A DNA stretch of 63,677 nt, taken from positions 93,560,001-93,623,677 of the forward strand of contig CM052816.1 in NCBI GenBank assembly GCA_028534125.1. The letters run 5' to 3'. This document shows, in pieces, positions 14,290 through 28,381 of this stretch. Numbering within the stretch: position 1 is the stretch's first letter; every line of letters starts with the position of its first letter. A program made the position numbers and the translations under genes. Origin of the DNA: Lama glama (lineage: Eukaryota). The notes under the pieces were generated by a model. The model searched no databases. It had not been told where the DNA came from and saw nothing but the letters and a program-made list of their open reading frames with translations.

Positions 14290-14574
14290 ACCTAGATATT
14301 GGCCAAACTTTAGCAAAAGCTCTAGTATTTTTGAGGATGAAAAAATATTGACGTTTTTTACTTGATTGAAGTTATAGTTTTACCTTTATTTGGACTAGAA
14401 GATATAAATGAAAAAAATCTGTGAATTATTTATTAATTTCATCTAGACTATCAGTAATATTTCTATAAAACAGACATTTAATTAAAAAACCTAACCTGTA
14501 CAGGGAGCTTACAGCTCATAACAGTTTCCAGCCACTGGCTTTTATCCTTTATCTGTACTTTTTTAAAAATTTTC

Positions 14575-14895
14575 TACAATTTTTATTGAAGTATTATATA
14601 GATATAGAAAGTAAACATATTGTAAGTATACAGCTATCTGAATATATGCATGTAACAGATGCACAGCTCAAGAGCAGAGTCCCTGCAGCACTCCAGAGGT
14701 CGACCTCATGCCTCCTTCAATTCAGGACTCCTGTTTCTAACAGCATAGTTAAATGTTGCTTGTTCCTGCATCTTATATATAAAGAATCATACATCATGTA
14801 ATATTTAGAGTTTGGATTTCTTTCCTCAACACTATATTTCTGAGCTTCATTCATATTGTTGTGGGTAGGGATAGATTGTTCATTCTCATTTTTGT
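14575..14895 (-). mobile_element. Old L1M (L1ME-like) 3' fragment
   Basis: 'ttttattgaagtattatata...gaatcatacatcatgta...tttcctcaacactatatttctgagcttcattcatattgttg'. Confidence 0.65.
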
Positions 14896-14924
14896 CCTCA
14901 ATATCTGTACTTTCTTATTTAAGC

Positions 14925-15095
14925 ACCCAATCAACTCTATCAGGTAGGTACTAGCGGTATTCTTACTTTGCACGATAGGAGCCAGAAGCCAGAGAAGGTA
15001 TAGAACTTGGGATGTTCACATAGTTAGGATTGGCAGAGCTGGATCTGGAACTCAGGAAATACTGCTCCAGAATCCACATTCTTAACGATCACATT
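14925..15095. mobile_element. MIR SINE
   Basis: MIR core-like 'ggcagagctggatctggaactcagg...ctgctccagaatccacattcttaac'. Confidence 0.7.
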
Positions 15096-17696
15096 CAATC
15101 TATTTAGCAATAACAATGAAAAGTTTCCTAATTGAATTTTATGCTTAAGTCCATTATTATTGCCAATTATATGTGCCAATATAAGGTTGTTTTTGTTGCC
15201 ATATGGCATATTATTTATTATTATTATATATTCTTACTAATTTTACTTCTATGTAGCCCATGACTAGTACTTTTACAGTCCATGTTAAAAAAAGGCGTCC
15301 TCTCTGTACTTGTAACTATGGAAAATAATTGCTGGAATGAGTTTTAACTTCTCTGCTAATAGTTTGAAATACTGTAATCTTAGACACAAGTTGAGAATAG
15401 TTAACTATGCACATATCCTTGAACATTTTGCTGAAGATAGTTTCAATGTCTTCCTTTTGAGACAAGGGTGAAAAAAAAAACAAAGGAACCTAGGTTGAGA
15501 AAATGAAGTAAAAAGGTACAATTAAATAAAATTATAGGTAGGACTTCATGTAATCATCTCACTGAAAATTATAGGTTCCTCCAACTTGCGTAAAGAGATG
15601 TTTTACCAGAAATGTTTCTCCAACTTCTCTTTGGTAGGATACTAACAGTTATACAGTGGCAATATGTTCCAGGATTGAAGTAATTATGGTATAAATTTAA
15701 GCTAAAAATACGTATTCACTTCAGGTATTTGGTAAGTGAGACAAAAGAAACACGCACAATTTAAAGACTTCAAACCTCTTTTTCACTTGGTGGCCTGGCT
15801 TTAGAATTTGAAACTCAGTATTTTGTTTTTCCAGGTTAGTGAGATGGTTTGGTATCATTCTTTCTGGAGCCTGGTGATTCTGTCCTAGTGAGCATCACAG
15901 CACTTCTATGCATTTCAAACTGAAATATTTTAAACTACTGAAATTATGAAACAACTAGGCAACTGACAGTAGGAAACTAGTTTTTAAAAGTTTTCTGGAA
16001 AAGTCATGACTTTGACAAAATAATCTGTATATCTCGTCTGAGTTGATGGAAGGTCAGAATAACATATATCAGTCTCTCCTTTCTATAGTATAGTATTTGT
16101 ATCATGACTATTATATCTATTTTTCCCTCTCCTAACTAACATCCCATCCATCTAGCCTACTGCCCCCATATTGCAGCCAATTACTTATATCATGTTTCAG
16201 TGAGAATACAGATGCTACCAGGAAATAGCTCTTTCCTCTTCCCCTGGTCAGATCAAAATATGTCTGTATGTCCTACCTTTGCATCTGTCTTCTCTTTTCA
16301 TCCTGGTATCTTCTCTTACAGAGGCAAGTCCCTCCCTGAAAGAGCAACTCCCTTGCCTCTGGCTTTTTTTTTAAGGACTCTGCTCATTTGAACTGTTACC
16401 ATTTTCCTGTACCACCAGCCTCTCCTTTCTTTTCTGTTGGGTCTTTCATATCGCAAACAACCTTGTCCCTAACCTTTCCAAACGTCTCTTGATCTTCACT
16501 TATTCCTTCAGGTACTATACCATTGCTTGGCTATACTCAGAGTCACTTTTCTAAAATGAATGATCAAATCATCCAATCTCCATTTATCCATGGGACAGGC
16601 TACACGAGCATGTCCTGGAACTCCGGGGCAGAGAGTGAAGCCAGACCACATTGCAGGCTGGTTCTGAGAACTAGAAAAACCATCAGGGACCAGGGTTTCT
16701 TTCTGTCCATATCTTGTTTTGTGTAGTCTTTTATGTCTGTTTCTTTCTTTACAGATGTTTAAATTTTTCTTCTATCAAGCAGCAATGAAGTACAGAGAAC
16801 ATTTCTGGAAGTATTTTTGCTTGTTAAAATAGGTAAAACTCTTGGCCTGGCCTTTTTTAAGAAAACTATGTTGTGGATGAACAATATACCTCAAAGGTTC
16901 TAGGATAAGGTGTATGTTTCCTTTGAATGTGTCTCTAGGCAGAGACTGGCCAGATGGGGGCCCAGGTTTTATTACAGTTATTTATGTCTTCAAAAGACTA
17001 GCTTTTACTTACCATTTTCCAGAGCTCTCTTTTCACAGATTTTCATACAGAATATGATTAAGCAAGAGCCCTAAAGGCTCAGTGGGAAATATACAATATA
17101 TTCTATCAAAATGGGATGTAAAACATACTATTCAGTTACAAAGATTTTTTATCAGCAAGATGATATGTTAGATGGAAGCATTCCACAAAGACAGCCTGAT
17201 CATCTTGCATTTAATGCCTTGCCTCCAAACTGACTTTTCTTATTGTTGATAAACATCCTTTAATAGATCCTTTAGTTATGTTAAATACATAGACTTCACA
17301 TCTGGAAAATATGTGACTTCAAATACTTACTTTGCCACTTAATAGCTATATTATTTGGGGGAAATGACATAACCCATTTATGACTCAATTTATTTCTCAA
17401 TAAAAGGGACCTATATGGTAATGGAATACATCGAGAAGAATGATTGCTGATAACTATTAATCTCATTTGTCGTTGTATATCTTAAAATACTATTATGCCC
17501 TCACTATTAAATAATAGCTTGTCTTCATATAAACTTCTAGGTTGATAGATTATTTCCCTTAGGATTTTGAAGAATCCCCTCAATATTAGATGCTTTTCCA
17601 GCATCTTTGTTGCTAACAAAAAGTCTGCCAATAGTCAGATAACAGGAAATAAGTCTTTTTTCTCTGGTGGACTTTATGATTTTTGTTCTCTTTTTT

Positions 17697-17923
17697 TTTT
17701 GAAGTTAATTTTTTAAAACTTTTTTATTGATTTATAATCATTTTACAATGTTGTGTCAAATTCCAGTGTAGAGCACAATTTTTCAGTTATACATGAACAT
17801 ACATATATTCATTGTCACATTTTTTTCTCTGTAAGCTACCATAAGATCTTGTATATATTTCCCTGTGCTGTACAGTACAATCTTGTTTATCTATTCTACA
17901 ATTTTGAAATCCCAGTCTATCTC
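17697..17923 (-). mobile_element. Truncated young L1 3' end with T-rich TSD
   Basis: Closely similar to 7340-7563; TSD TTTTTGTTCTCTTTTTT at about 17680-17696 and 17924-17940. Confidence 0.85.
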
Positions 17924-18024
17924 TTTTTGTTCTCTTTTTTAAAAATATGTACATTGCATTATTTAATATGATGATAAGGGTAACTATATATATGTGTGTG
18001 TGTGTATTTGTCCTTTCTTCTTAC

Positions 18025-18600
18025 AGTAAGAATACTTAACTTGAGGTCTACCCTCTTAACAAATTTTTTAAGTTTTAAGTGCAAAACACTGTGTTGGTAA
18101 CTACAGGTATTTATAGCAGATCTCTAGAACTTGCCCAATTTTGCATAAGTGAAACTTTAAATCTGTTGAACAACTCTCAGTTCCCCCTCTTCCCAGCCCC
18201 TGGCAACCATTGTTTGACTCTACTTTTTTGACTTTTTTATATTCCTCATATAAGTGAGATCATGCACTATCTGTCCTTCTGTGACTTGGTTATTTCGCTC
18301 AGCATGATGTTCTTCAGGTTCACTCATGTCAGAAATGATAGGGTTTCCTTCTTTTACAAGGCTTAATGATAATATTCCATTATATGTATATAGCTCATTT
18401 TCTTTATCCATTCAAATGTCAGTGGAAATTTGGGTTATTGTCTTATCTCAGCTATTGTGAATAATGCTGCGGTGGAAGATGGGAGACTAGCTATTTCTCC
18501 AAGATTCCCTAATTTCAATTCTTTTGGAAATATATCCAGAAGTGAAATTGCTGAATCATATGGTGCTATTGTTAATTTTTTTTGATGCACTCCTGTCTTA
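18025..18600 (-). mobile_element. L1MA-type 3' UTR fragment
   Basis: 'aatacttaacttgaggtctaccctcttaacaaattt...agcagatctctagaact...agcccctggcaaccat...ataagtgagatcatgca...agtgaaattgctgaatcatatggt'. Confidence 0.85.
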
Positions 18601-19039
18601 TGTTTTCCGTAGGTTTTAATAAGGATCTTCATTCTGCCTTGCATGGTATTTAATTAAGCTGTTATAGAAAGCACAATTATTTGTGTTTCCTTCCATGCCT
18701 GAAGCCCTAATATCTGACAAGGGATTTGCTAAGTGTCACTTACAAAAAGATGAATATGATTATCTAAAACCTTGAGAAATTTCGCATTTTATGAGGAAGG
18801 TAAACACTTGTGTGATTACTGTACTTACATACTTGGTAGATTATATAACAGAGGGCTGGATGCTATGCAATAGAAAAATAGACAAAAATGTGAAGGAAAT
18901 AGTGGAAAATTTTGCCCATCGTAGCTGAGGAAGATCTCACATGCAGAATTTTAAGTTTTATTGTATCTTCTCTATCAAGTACTCCTCCTTTTAATATTCA
19001 GGATGGTGACGTGGAAAGGACACTTAAAACATGTTTGTT

Positions 19040-19990
19040 GCCTACTGAAATGTGATGGTTGTCTCCAGAAAAAGCGCATGTGTGATTGTGAGCTGATCTA
19101 AATGCTCTTGTCTTGGAACAACTCTTTTTCACTTGAGGAAACAACAGATAAACAAACTATGGTTATTGAGACCTGAGTCCCTGGCAGACGTTTTCTCATA
19201 AATGTGTAAGATGAGACTGTTACTTCAAGGAAAATATCTGATGGTACTTGAGGCCAATGATAAAACTTAAACTTTCAAGGGGAATTAGAATTTTTTAAAT
19301 GCATATTTATCAGTATCAGTTCCTGAAAGTTTAAGGACTTTTTCTGATGAGATTGCCAGCGATGCTGACAAGTACAATTTTTGATACTGTGTAAGGAAAT
19401 GTGTTAACATTTTGGTGATCAGTGTAACTGAAGGAATGGGTAATTTCTAAATGGCCACTGCATGGTGCTGGCAAAATCTGGCAATGGGAAAATATCTATT
19501 CAAGGTGCAAAAACACAAACAGTAAGTCGCTACTTTAAAGCCACTAGTAGATAATGAAGCAGAGTGCAAACAATTAATTGATATGATTTCAAGTTTTATA
19601 CTGCAACCAGTCATTGTGAATTTTGGTAACAAAAGGAACATCCATAATTATATGGAAGACTATTCACATTTTTTTCTTGCCAAATAGATATGTATGTATT
19701 TCTTCATTTACTCTAACCAAAGCCACGTAGGTTGCCAGGCTTTAAAGAGATTCGCAAAAATGCGAAAAATATTACTCTTCCCACTATATTCGTTGTTTTC
19801 AAATATATAGCTTTGTTATTTTTTGTATGTGTAATAGGATTATTATTGGTATTTTTAAATGGAATTAATAAAATAGTTATATTCTCAGCTTTAATACTTA
19901 ATGAAGCAAATATTGGTACATACATCATCAAGAGATCTTTGTGGTCCTCAATAATTTTTCAAATGATTGTATAAGATCCCGGATTCCAAA
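19040..19990. mobile_element. Charlie1-like hAT DNA transposon relic
   Basis: 'aaacaaactatggttattgagacctgagtccctggcagacgttttctc...ttcaaggaaaatatctgatggtacttgaggccaatgataaaa'. Confidence 0.75.
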
Positions 19991-21225
19991 AAAGTAAGAG
20001 TCTGTTGAGTTCCGTAACATTACATACAAGGTTTTGTTGGCAAGAATGCTACTTCCTCTGTTCCCATTAACCACATGAACTCACTGAAACCGGACACCAT
20101 CAATTACATTCAGAATAATTCTTAGGAACTAATACAAGCTAAGATTATAACTACTTATTTTTGTTGCCTTATAGATAGTCATAGTTTAAATTTAATTACT
20201 AATATTCTGCTATATCTTGTATTCTGGATAGTGTCAAAGTCTGTGGTTCTGTCCGAGATACAACAAATGCAAAGATTCAAGGACCAGCTTTATTGACTTC
20301 TGGGTGCTTAAAATTGTTGATGTGACGTTACATGTAAGCAAGACGAGTGGTTTGTCTAATTCAGTAAGCCTATACACACGATTGTTAGTTTAGGATAATT
20401 TTTCAACATATGTTCAAAACTTCACAAAGGTTTGTTTACAGCCCAGCAAAGCTTAGGTAGGAGTATATGGAAATGCAGAAAAGAAAGCAAACTCTGTTAG
20501 GCATGAAAAATATTATGTTTCCTGCTGACTCTCATTTCAGATTCACACAAAGGAGTGACAATTTATAAAATATGAGTAATGAATCATGTTGGACATTACA
20601 TGGGTAAATTCAGAAACAAACAAAAATTATGAAAGAATAAATATGTAAATTGATCAATTGGTTCAGCATAAAAAGCACATAAATTATTAGAGGCTGGTAT
20701 AGCAATATGCAAAATAATTCTTTCAATCCAAAACTATTTTGGTCAGTGAAATGAAGAAATAAATCATTCCATATTAAAGAATATACAATAATTTTCTTCT
20801 GTTCTCAAGGAAAAATAGCAAAAATATATATCACAAGCATGACAATAAAGTTTCCCTAGAAAGGGATCATTTTTCAGTGACTAAAACTGTAATTGATTTC
20901 AAAAAATCCACAAGGAACCCTGAGAGTAAAAATGTAGGAGAAAATTGTGATGGATGGTTATAGGTGTGCCTCCCATTAGATCTGTATTTGAAATAACCTA
21001 GATAAAGGTGGACATTTTTCTCCCTAATATTATTTAGTTTTACATTTTCATTTTACCTCTTGCTTGTACAGCTTATAACAATTTGTGGGTTTGAGAGGAA
21101 GCTTTGTAACCAAGTTTCAATGTGAAAAGATTATACATTTTCTATTTTTAGCATGTTAAAAGTAACAGCATGTCACCTAGCATGCAAGGAAAAAGGCAGC
21201 GGTGAGTTGGATGGGTAATGGCTGT

Positions 21226-21720
21226 GTCAATGCCCTCTAGCTTAAAGACCACCAGGAACACACCTGTAATTGAACAAGTTGGTTTATTACAACTTCAACA
21301 AGGGAGAACTCACACCACGGGCAACTGTAGGGCGTCTTAGTGAAAAGGTATTAGAAGGATTTGGGCTTGAGTTAGATGATCACTGAGAAGGTTTAAGGAA
21401 GTAGGGTTTTGCCATGAATTGGATGTTGTCATAAGGTGAGGGTACTGCTATGATTGGGTCTCTTAATAAACTTTATCTGGAAGAAAGGAAGACTAGACTG
21501 AGACTTACATATAATTGATAAAAACAAAATCTAGTGCAAGGAGATGATTGGTCATTTTTGTTGTTTGAACAACATCCACGTTTTGTTTGTGTGTAGGCAT
21601 GATTATGGAGGGGTCACTTTTTCCCCTTGATAGATCATGGTCACAGAGGGTCTTTGTCTGATAGTGATATTTTATGAAATTGTTTGTTTAAGAGGAGAAT
21701 ATTGATACCTGACAGTGGAT
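21226..21720 (-). mobile_element. ERVL-class LTR (MER54/MER74/LTR53-like)
   Basis: 'gttggtttattacaac...agggagaactcacaccacgggcaactgtagggcgtcttagt'. Confidence 0.55.
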
Positions 21721-23239
21721 CCCAAACCAACTTGCAGCAAGACCAACACTTGGCTGATATCTGTATCTATCTTTCTACCTACCTGTGCAACTCTTTTGGA
21801 TAGCCATAGGTATGGATAGCCATGGGTCATTTTCCACTTTAATTCATATGAAAGTTCCACCTTAATTCAAATAAAAAGTCAATTCCACCCTAATTCAAGT
21901 TTTAAAAAAAGTCTCTTTTTTATTTCTATGACATTAGAAATTCTTAACTTATAATTTTTGTCTTTATCTTCTTCATACAGAGCTAGATTTTCAGAAAACA
22001 TGGGTTTGGAATAATGAAGATTACTCAGTGAAGACTACTTTTCATATTTCCATTAAACATTAAGGTAATGAATGATCAGGATATAAGGTTAGTAGGTTAA
22101 AAATTTCACAGAGATTTGACCAATGCATTCTTAATAAATTCTTGGCTGACATATGGTTAACATTGAGCAGAAGTTTTACGTAGGCAATGATTCTAAGAAA
22201 ACTCTGCTAGGTTATCATAGGTGATAGAAACTGTGGCTAGAGCTGAGAATTCAAAGGAGGAAGCAGAAGTTATAAGGGGTCACTGAAGTTGACCATTCCC
22301 TAGCCTATCTTTCCTACTGATACTCCTCATTGCACCTGCTATGACTGTATGCTCTGTGAGGGAAAGACTCATGATTTAAAAGGAAGACCTGTATCCCTAC
22401 ATAACCATCATCTCTGTAGTTGGAAACCTCTGGAAAAGAGTTTATCATGAGAAGGAGTATTGATTTCTCTGCTTTCTGGAAAATAGTCTATTACTCACCC
22501 TCTCTACTCCCATCCTTCATTCAAGGGACAAAATAGAACAATGCTACTTTCTCTTGTTTAAGTAGCCAGGACTTTAGAGCATTAAGCTTTCTAATTTTGT
22601 TATAAATGTAACACATTTGTGCATTTTGTCCTTTCATTATTGGCACCAAGGACTTTTGATCGCTCTTTATTAATAACAACCAAGTATATGCATTGGTTCA
22701 TTCAGTGAATATTTGTCGAGTGTCTCTAGGTCTTTCCTAAGCAATGAGGATAAAGGAGTGGCTTCATAGAGAAGATGTTTTTCCTAAGAAGTCTTTATCG
22801 ACTTTAAAATGGAGTTACTTCTTTTTGATAGAAGAGAACAGTGAATTCAACTTTCAGAACATTTATATTTCTAAAAGATACATTTAAGCAAAATTGTACA
22901 TGAAGTTAGCTTCCCCTTTAGACTAACATAGAGTGAATACATTCCCCAGAACTCAGCAAGGGTGACTGGGTATAAGAAAGGATAAACAAAAAATTCAATT
23001 AGAAATTAATAAGGTCTATATTTTGTTTGTCTTTTTAACTCAGCTCTGGTATAGTTAGAATTATTATAAAACTTGTTACCTTCAAACTAGAACTGAGGTC
23101 CCAATTTGAGATTTGCTGAGTATAATCAGAACATTCCAATGAAGGAAATTCAGTATTCAAGTTTGCATTCTTTTGAGAAGACTTGCTAATTTGGAGCATT
23201 TTTAAAACAGTCACACTGTGAAAGTTATAATCAAGAAGG

Positions 23240-23458
23240 ATAATATAACACAACCACACAAAATCGATGAGATGCAGCAAAAGCAATCCTATGAGGGAGG
23301 TTTCTAGTGATACAGGCTTTCTTCAAAAAACAATAAAAATCTCAAATAAACAGCCTAAAACTTACCACCTAAAATAATTAGAAAAAGGAAAAAAACAAAA
23401 CCTAAAGTCAGCAGAAGGAAGAAATATAATAAATAACAGTCAGGAAATAGATAAAATA
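23240..23458 (+). mobile_element. L1 ORF2 fragment running into the gap
   Basis: Decayed version of the ORF2 segment WDAAKAVLRGKFIA...KSQINNL...KPKVSRRKEIIK ('gatgcagcaaaagcaatcctatgagggaggtttctagtgataca', 'aaacctaaagtcagcagaaggaag'). Confidence 0.85.
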
Positions 23459-23958
23459 NNNNNNNNNNNNNNNNNNNNNNNNNNNNNNNNNNNNNNNNNN
23501 NNNNNNNNNNNNNNNNNNNNNNNNNNNNNNNNNNNNNNNNNNNNNNNNNNNNNNNNNNNNNNNNNNNNNNNNNNNNNNNNNNNNNNNNNNNNNNNNNNNN
23601 NNNNNNNNNNNNNNNNNNNNNNNNNNNNNNNNNNNNNNNNNNNNNNNNNNNNNNNNNNNNNNNNNNNNNNNNNNNNNNNNNNNNNNNNNNNNNNNNNNNN
23701 NNNNNNNNNNNNNNNNNNNNNNNNNNNNNNNNNNNNNNNNNNNNNNNNNNNNNNNNNNNNNNNNNNNNNNNNNNNNNNNNNNNNNNNNNNNNNNNNNNNN
23801 NNNNNNNNNNNNNNNNNNNNNNNNNNNNNNNNNNNNNNNNNNNNNNNNNNNNNNNNNNNNNNNNNNNNNNNNNNNNNNNNNNNNNNNNNNNNNNNNNNNN
23901 NNNNNNNNNNNNNNNNNNNNNNNNNNNNNNNNNNNNNNNNNNNNNNNNNNNNNNNNNN
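23459..23958. other. Assembly gap (500 N)
   Basis: Run of exactly 500 N. Confidence 1.
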
Positions 23959-24619
23959 TTCTCTGTGAGCATCTGTGAGAGTAACTGTTGTCTAGGACTT
24001 TCTCTGATGGGTGCTGATGACAACTGTGAAGTATGTGCCAAAGACATCAAAGTGCAAATGATTTTGGCCCCCTCACCTCTGCCCAATATTTTACTTGCAC
24101 ATTTTCTATACTACCTAGTTCTCTGTCTCACCTAATGTAGTTAGTTTTGTATTTTTCTGCCTCTCCCAATTAAATTGCAAACCTAGACTCAGGGGTCAAG
24201 TGTTGTTAATTTCTGTATCACCTAAGTTGTCTAGACAGTGATTGGCATTTGGGCATTTGTCCACAAAAGTTGAATGGATACATTGATGTTGTTCTTCTAT
24301 AAAATAAGGTTTGTTTCCATGTAATGAGGTTGGTTAAAGCAAAGATGTAGTGTCCTGTCATGTGCTATCTGTCTCCCCTTAGCATCCTATGTACTGCGGT
24401 CAATAATATATAATGACCCAAACTGGAAAATTTTACTGTCATCTGGCCTTCTAAATGAGCAGTCACTAAGTCTGCTTTTGAGAAGTAAGCTCTTTCCTCC
24501 AAAATATGTTTCCCTTGTCTGCCATGAATTGTGAGCTTGAAACGGAAGGCTCATGAGATCCTGAGACTGTCCTTAAAATACAAAACTGCAAGTAACAGAA
24601 GCCCCTTTAGCCTGTAATC

Positions 24620-26910
24620 AGCTCATACCCTTTATTGGAGCTCTCATATAATGGGACTAAATTTGGCATTGTCTTTACATCCTGTTTGTCCAGCTTTGTC
24701 AAGAGAGGGCAGGAGGGGATCAAAAACTTGTATTTCATTGTGTCAAGATAGCTTTGAGGCAAAAGAGTGATATTGGATATACGTGAGAGGCTTGAAAAGG
24801 GCTAAATGAGCCTAACCATTAGCAGCAGGACTAATCAATACCAAATTTAGAGGAAAGTTCCCGGAAGTTAGCTCAGGACTTTATCCTGGCATGTGGTTTT
24901 CTTCAGGAACTAAGCTGCATTCTCACAGCGGCTGGTAGCCTTGTCTACCGACTGCTCACAGCTCAGTTCTTCTCCAAGAACTACCCTTAGCTGGAGGAGG
25001 CTGCTTTGCCCAAGTTATGCTTGCTTCCTGGAGGCAGTCTGTACCCAGTGACTTGACATATAGGTAAAAAGTCATGGCGGCTTTGCCTCAGTTGAAACAA
25101 GGCAGTTAGAAAGTAGATGATGATGATCTGGCTCAGGTCTCGTTGATGAGAGTGGCAGAACTCCAGAGTTGGCTGAATCTTCAATATTTGTAGATCTGGT
25201 ATGCCAGAGGCAGGACCCTGATTATGAAGGAGTGAGACCCTTATACTTGGAACATCTGGATTGAGGCCCTCAAAGCCTTGAGTTCCTGGATTCTCCTGAA
25301 CCTTTTAATTCTGCAGAAATATCCCACTCTTCCCTACCTTCAAGACATTGCAGAGGCTCTGCCTTGCAAGACCACATATAGCTCCATCAAGATTTAATTC
25401 CACTTTCCTTCCTGACCCAACTGGGAAAGAGCTGGGCCTACAAAGGGCAGGAAGGGACTGCATGTCAAGTTGTTGCAAGGTCTAAACAACATGCTCCAGC
25501 AGGAGCAGGGCGAATGGATTTGGGCTCAGATACTGAAAGTGTTGGATCAAGAGGGGTGAATTATAAAGTTGGTTAAGGAGCAGTTGCCAACTAGGATTAA
25601 AAATCTTGGTAATAGGAAATGCTGGGCTGTCTGATAGAAATGGAGATGACAGGATATTGAAATATCAGAGGCCACATCACAGTGCTTATTCACCAGTTTT
25701 AAGGAGGACACAATAGTCATAATGAATAGCTAGATGAGAATGGCATTTGGGGGTGCTTGACCTGAAAGAGCTCTGGATATGCTTAATAGAACACCCCATT
25801 CTCAGGAATGAAAGTATATGAGCAAATAACAAAGACATTGTTCAGTCTATAACCCAAAGAAGTGAAGGCTAGATGATCAGGAGGCAGAGGGCAGGAGCAT
25901 CAATGAAAAGTCATGATCCCTTGCATAATTTCTGGATCTAAGATAGTTCTCAGACATTGAATTTATTAGACTGAAAGAAAAAATCTGGGGTCAGAATGAG
26001 GATAAAGTAGTAATAATCCCCCAGGCCTTCCCCAAAGCGACCTACAGACTTTCGCTCATACAACTGTCTACTAGGGAAAGAGAGAGTACCCAGATATTTT
26101 GAGAAGTATTAGGCAAAGGTCCATCTTGAAACTGTTATTTGGGAACCCTGAGATTCATCATGGATTCCCTTTTAGGGAGCTAGCATAGTGAAGCTAATAA
26201 ATAGAACCTTCATCTAGTTCTGTTTCATAGAGGATCCGCAGACTTACCCAGTGATCATTTCCCCTTTCCCGTACGTCCAGATGGAATGAAGAATCACTGG
26301 ACCTCTTGATAAGAACTATCAAATTAGAAACTATCAGGAGAGCCTCTGAAACTGCCAGCCTCTTGACTAAGTTAATAAAACACAAGTGGTTGCATTCTTG
26401 GGGGAATATCAGAGAGTATGGTCATGCTTAAAGACATAAAAGCTGCAGAGATGATGGCTGCCATCATATCTCCATTAAATTTACTGATTTGGCACTAAAA
26501 AACCAGATGGATCCCGGAGGAAGACATTGTACCAATGTAATTCACCCAAGCCTAGTGCAAACAGTGGCAAATACGGTAATATTACACAGCACAGTAATAG
26601 AGCTCCAGACACCTGCTATGCAGCCATGGGTAGTGTGGGTGCTTACTTTTCATCCCTCCAAGGAGAGTCAGAAGCAGTTCATATTCGCATGGGATTAGTA
26701 AGAGCTTACATTTATGGTCTTACCCCAGGCTGTGGTACTGGCTTACCCTCTGCCTTAATGTAGTCTAGAATGATTAAGATTATTCTGCCAACTGTCACAT
26801 GAAGCCACTATGTTGATGGCATCATATTAGTTGGGATAGATGAACAAGAAGTTGTAAGCCTGTTGGATCCCTTGGTAAGACACAAGTACAGCACAGGGTA
26901 GGAGATAAAC
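24620..26910 (+). mobile_element. Degenerate ERVL internal region (gag to RT)
   Basis: Broken RT motifs: TFMVLPQ at 26708-26728 and HYVDGIILVG at 26806-26835 (compare ERVL LPQG...HYIDDIMLIG); many stops and frameshifts. 5' boundary uncertain. Confidence 0.75.
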
Positions 26911-26915
26911 CAAGA

Positions 26916-27860
26916 ATGCCTTTGCTTCAACAGATCAGACGGCTGCTAACCAGAGTCTTGAGGATGGGGCCCCCACCTGGCAGAGCCCTGTGGGTGGCAT
27001 ATCCTCTCCTTCTCCTCCTCACCCACTGGAGCCTTGAAGGCCAGGCCACCATGCCAGTGGGTTTTGAAGGCAGGACTGCCACCTCAATTGGTGCAGAAGG
27101 TGGGGAACTGACCCAAAGAGGCTTAGATGAGCCTTGATCTTTAATGGATTTCACCTTGCTAGGTTTTGGACTTGCTTGGGTCTGTCACCCCTTCCTTTTT
27201 CCCTATTTCTCCATTTTGGAATGGAAAAGTCTATCCTGTATCTGTCCCACCATTCTATTTTTGGAACACATAATTCATTTGTTTTCACAGGTTCACAGTT
27301 TGGGAGGAACTGCCTAGGGATGAAGTGTACTTTGAGTCTCACCTGTACCTGATTTAGATGAAATTTAGATGAGACTTTGAACTTTAGACTTTAGAGTTGA
27401 TGCTGGAATGAGTTAAGATTTTTGGGGAGGTTGGGATGGAAAGAATGCATTTTGCATGTGATAAGGACATGAATTTGAGGGGACCAGGAGTAGAATGCTC
27501 TGAATGTTTGTGGGACCCCAAAATTCACGTTCAAGCCCTAACTGCCAGTGTGACTGTATCTGGAGATATGATCTTTATGGAAGTCAATACGTTAGTAAAG
27601 TTGTTAAATGTGGGCCCTAAACTGATGGGATTAGCATCTTTCTAAGAAGAGACATCAGAGCTCACTCTCTTTGCCAAATGAGGACACAGCAAGAAGGCAG
27701 CCACCTGAAAACCAGGAAAAGAACTCTCACCGAAGACCTAACTACATGGAAGCTTGATTTTGGATTGTCCAGCTTCCAGAACTGTGAGAAGATAATTTCT
27801 GCTGTTTGAGCTATGCGGTGTATATAGTATGTTGTATTGGCAGTGCATCAAATTAATGTG
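26916..27860 (+). mobile_element. MLT1A/MST-type internal 3' segment plus LTR nested in the ERVL
   Basis: MaLR-int motifs 'gagactttgaactttagactttagagttgatgctggaatgagttaaga...gaatttgaggggaccaggagtagaatg' then LTR 'gaatgtttgtgggaccccaaaattcacgtt...gaggacacagcaagaaggcagcc...ttccagaactgtgagaa'. Confidence 0.85.
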
Positions 27861-28381
27861 TACCCCAAGGACTATTACTCCAATGGCACACCTGGGAATT
27901 TGTGCTTCTTGCTCACAAAACTCTCAACCTCTGAAGATCTGGTTCTAAGAGGGGGGATGTTTCCACCTATGGTTGCAAAGGCAGTCCTTCTAAACTTAAA
28001 TCTATGGCTGCCACTTGGTTACTTTTGACCCCGTTGTCCCAAGAGATGAGCAGACAAGGCAAGGAGGCCCTTCCTGAGAGAGGCAACTGAGGAGAAGTTT
28101 CTATTCTACAACAGGAGCAAGGACGAGTTGGGGTACTGGAGATGAGGAAGCAATGATTCAGCATACCTGAGGGACTAGACAGAATTTGAGCATAAGGGAG
28201 AGATGAGATCCCAGGGGAAAAGCAGAAACTAAGGGCAATGTGAGGGCTTTTGATTTCAGATCTGAGGTTATATTTTAAACTGCAGAGTATGTAGTTTATG
28301 TGTTGGCTAAGAGCTAAAAGCATACATTTTTGCATTTTGACCAAATTGTTTAATATCTCTCAGTCTTAGAAATTGATAAGA

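Noticed and set aside
23355..24086. 243-aa ORF
   Set aside because: Spans the second N gap and antisense L1 sequence.
26489..27352. ORFs as a possibly domesticated retroviral gene
   Set aside because: RT motifs are scattered across frames with stops and a mutated catalytic motif; no long intact frame.
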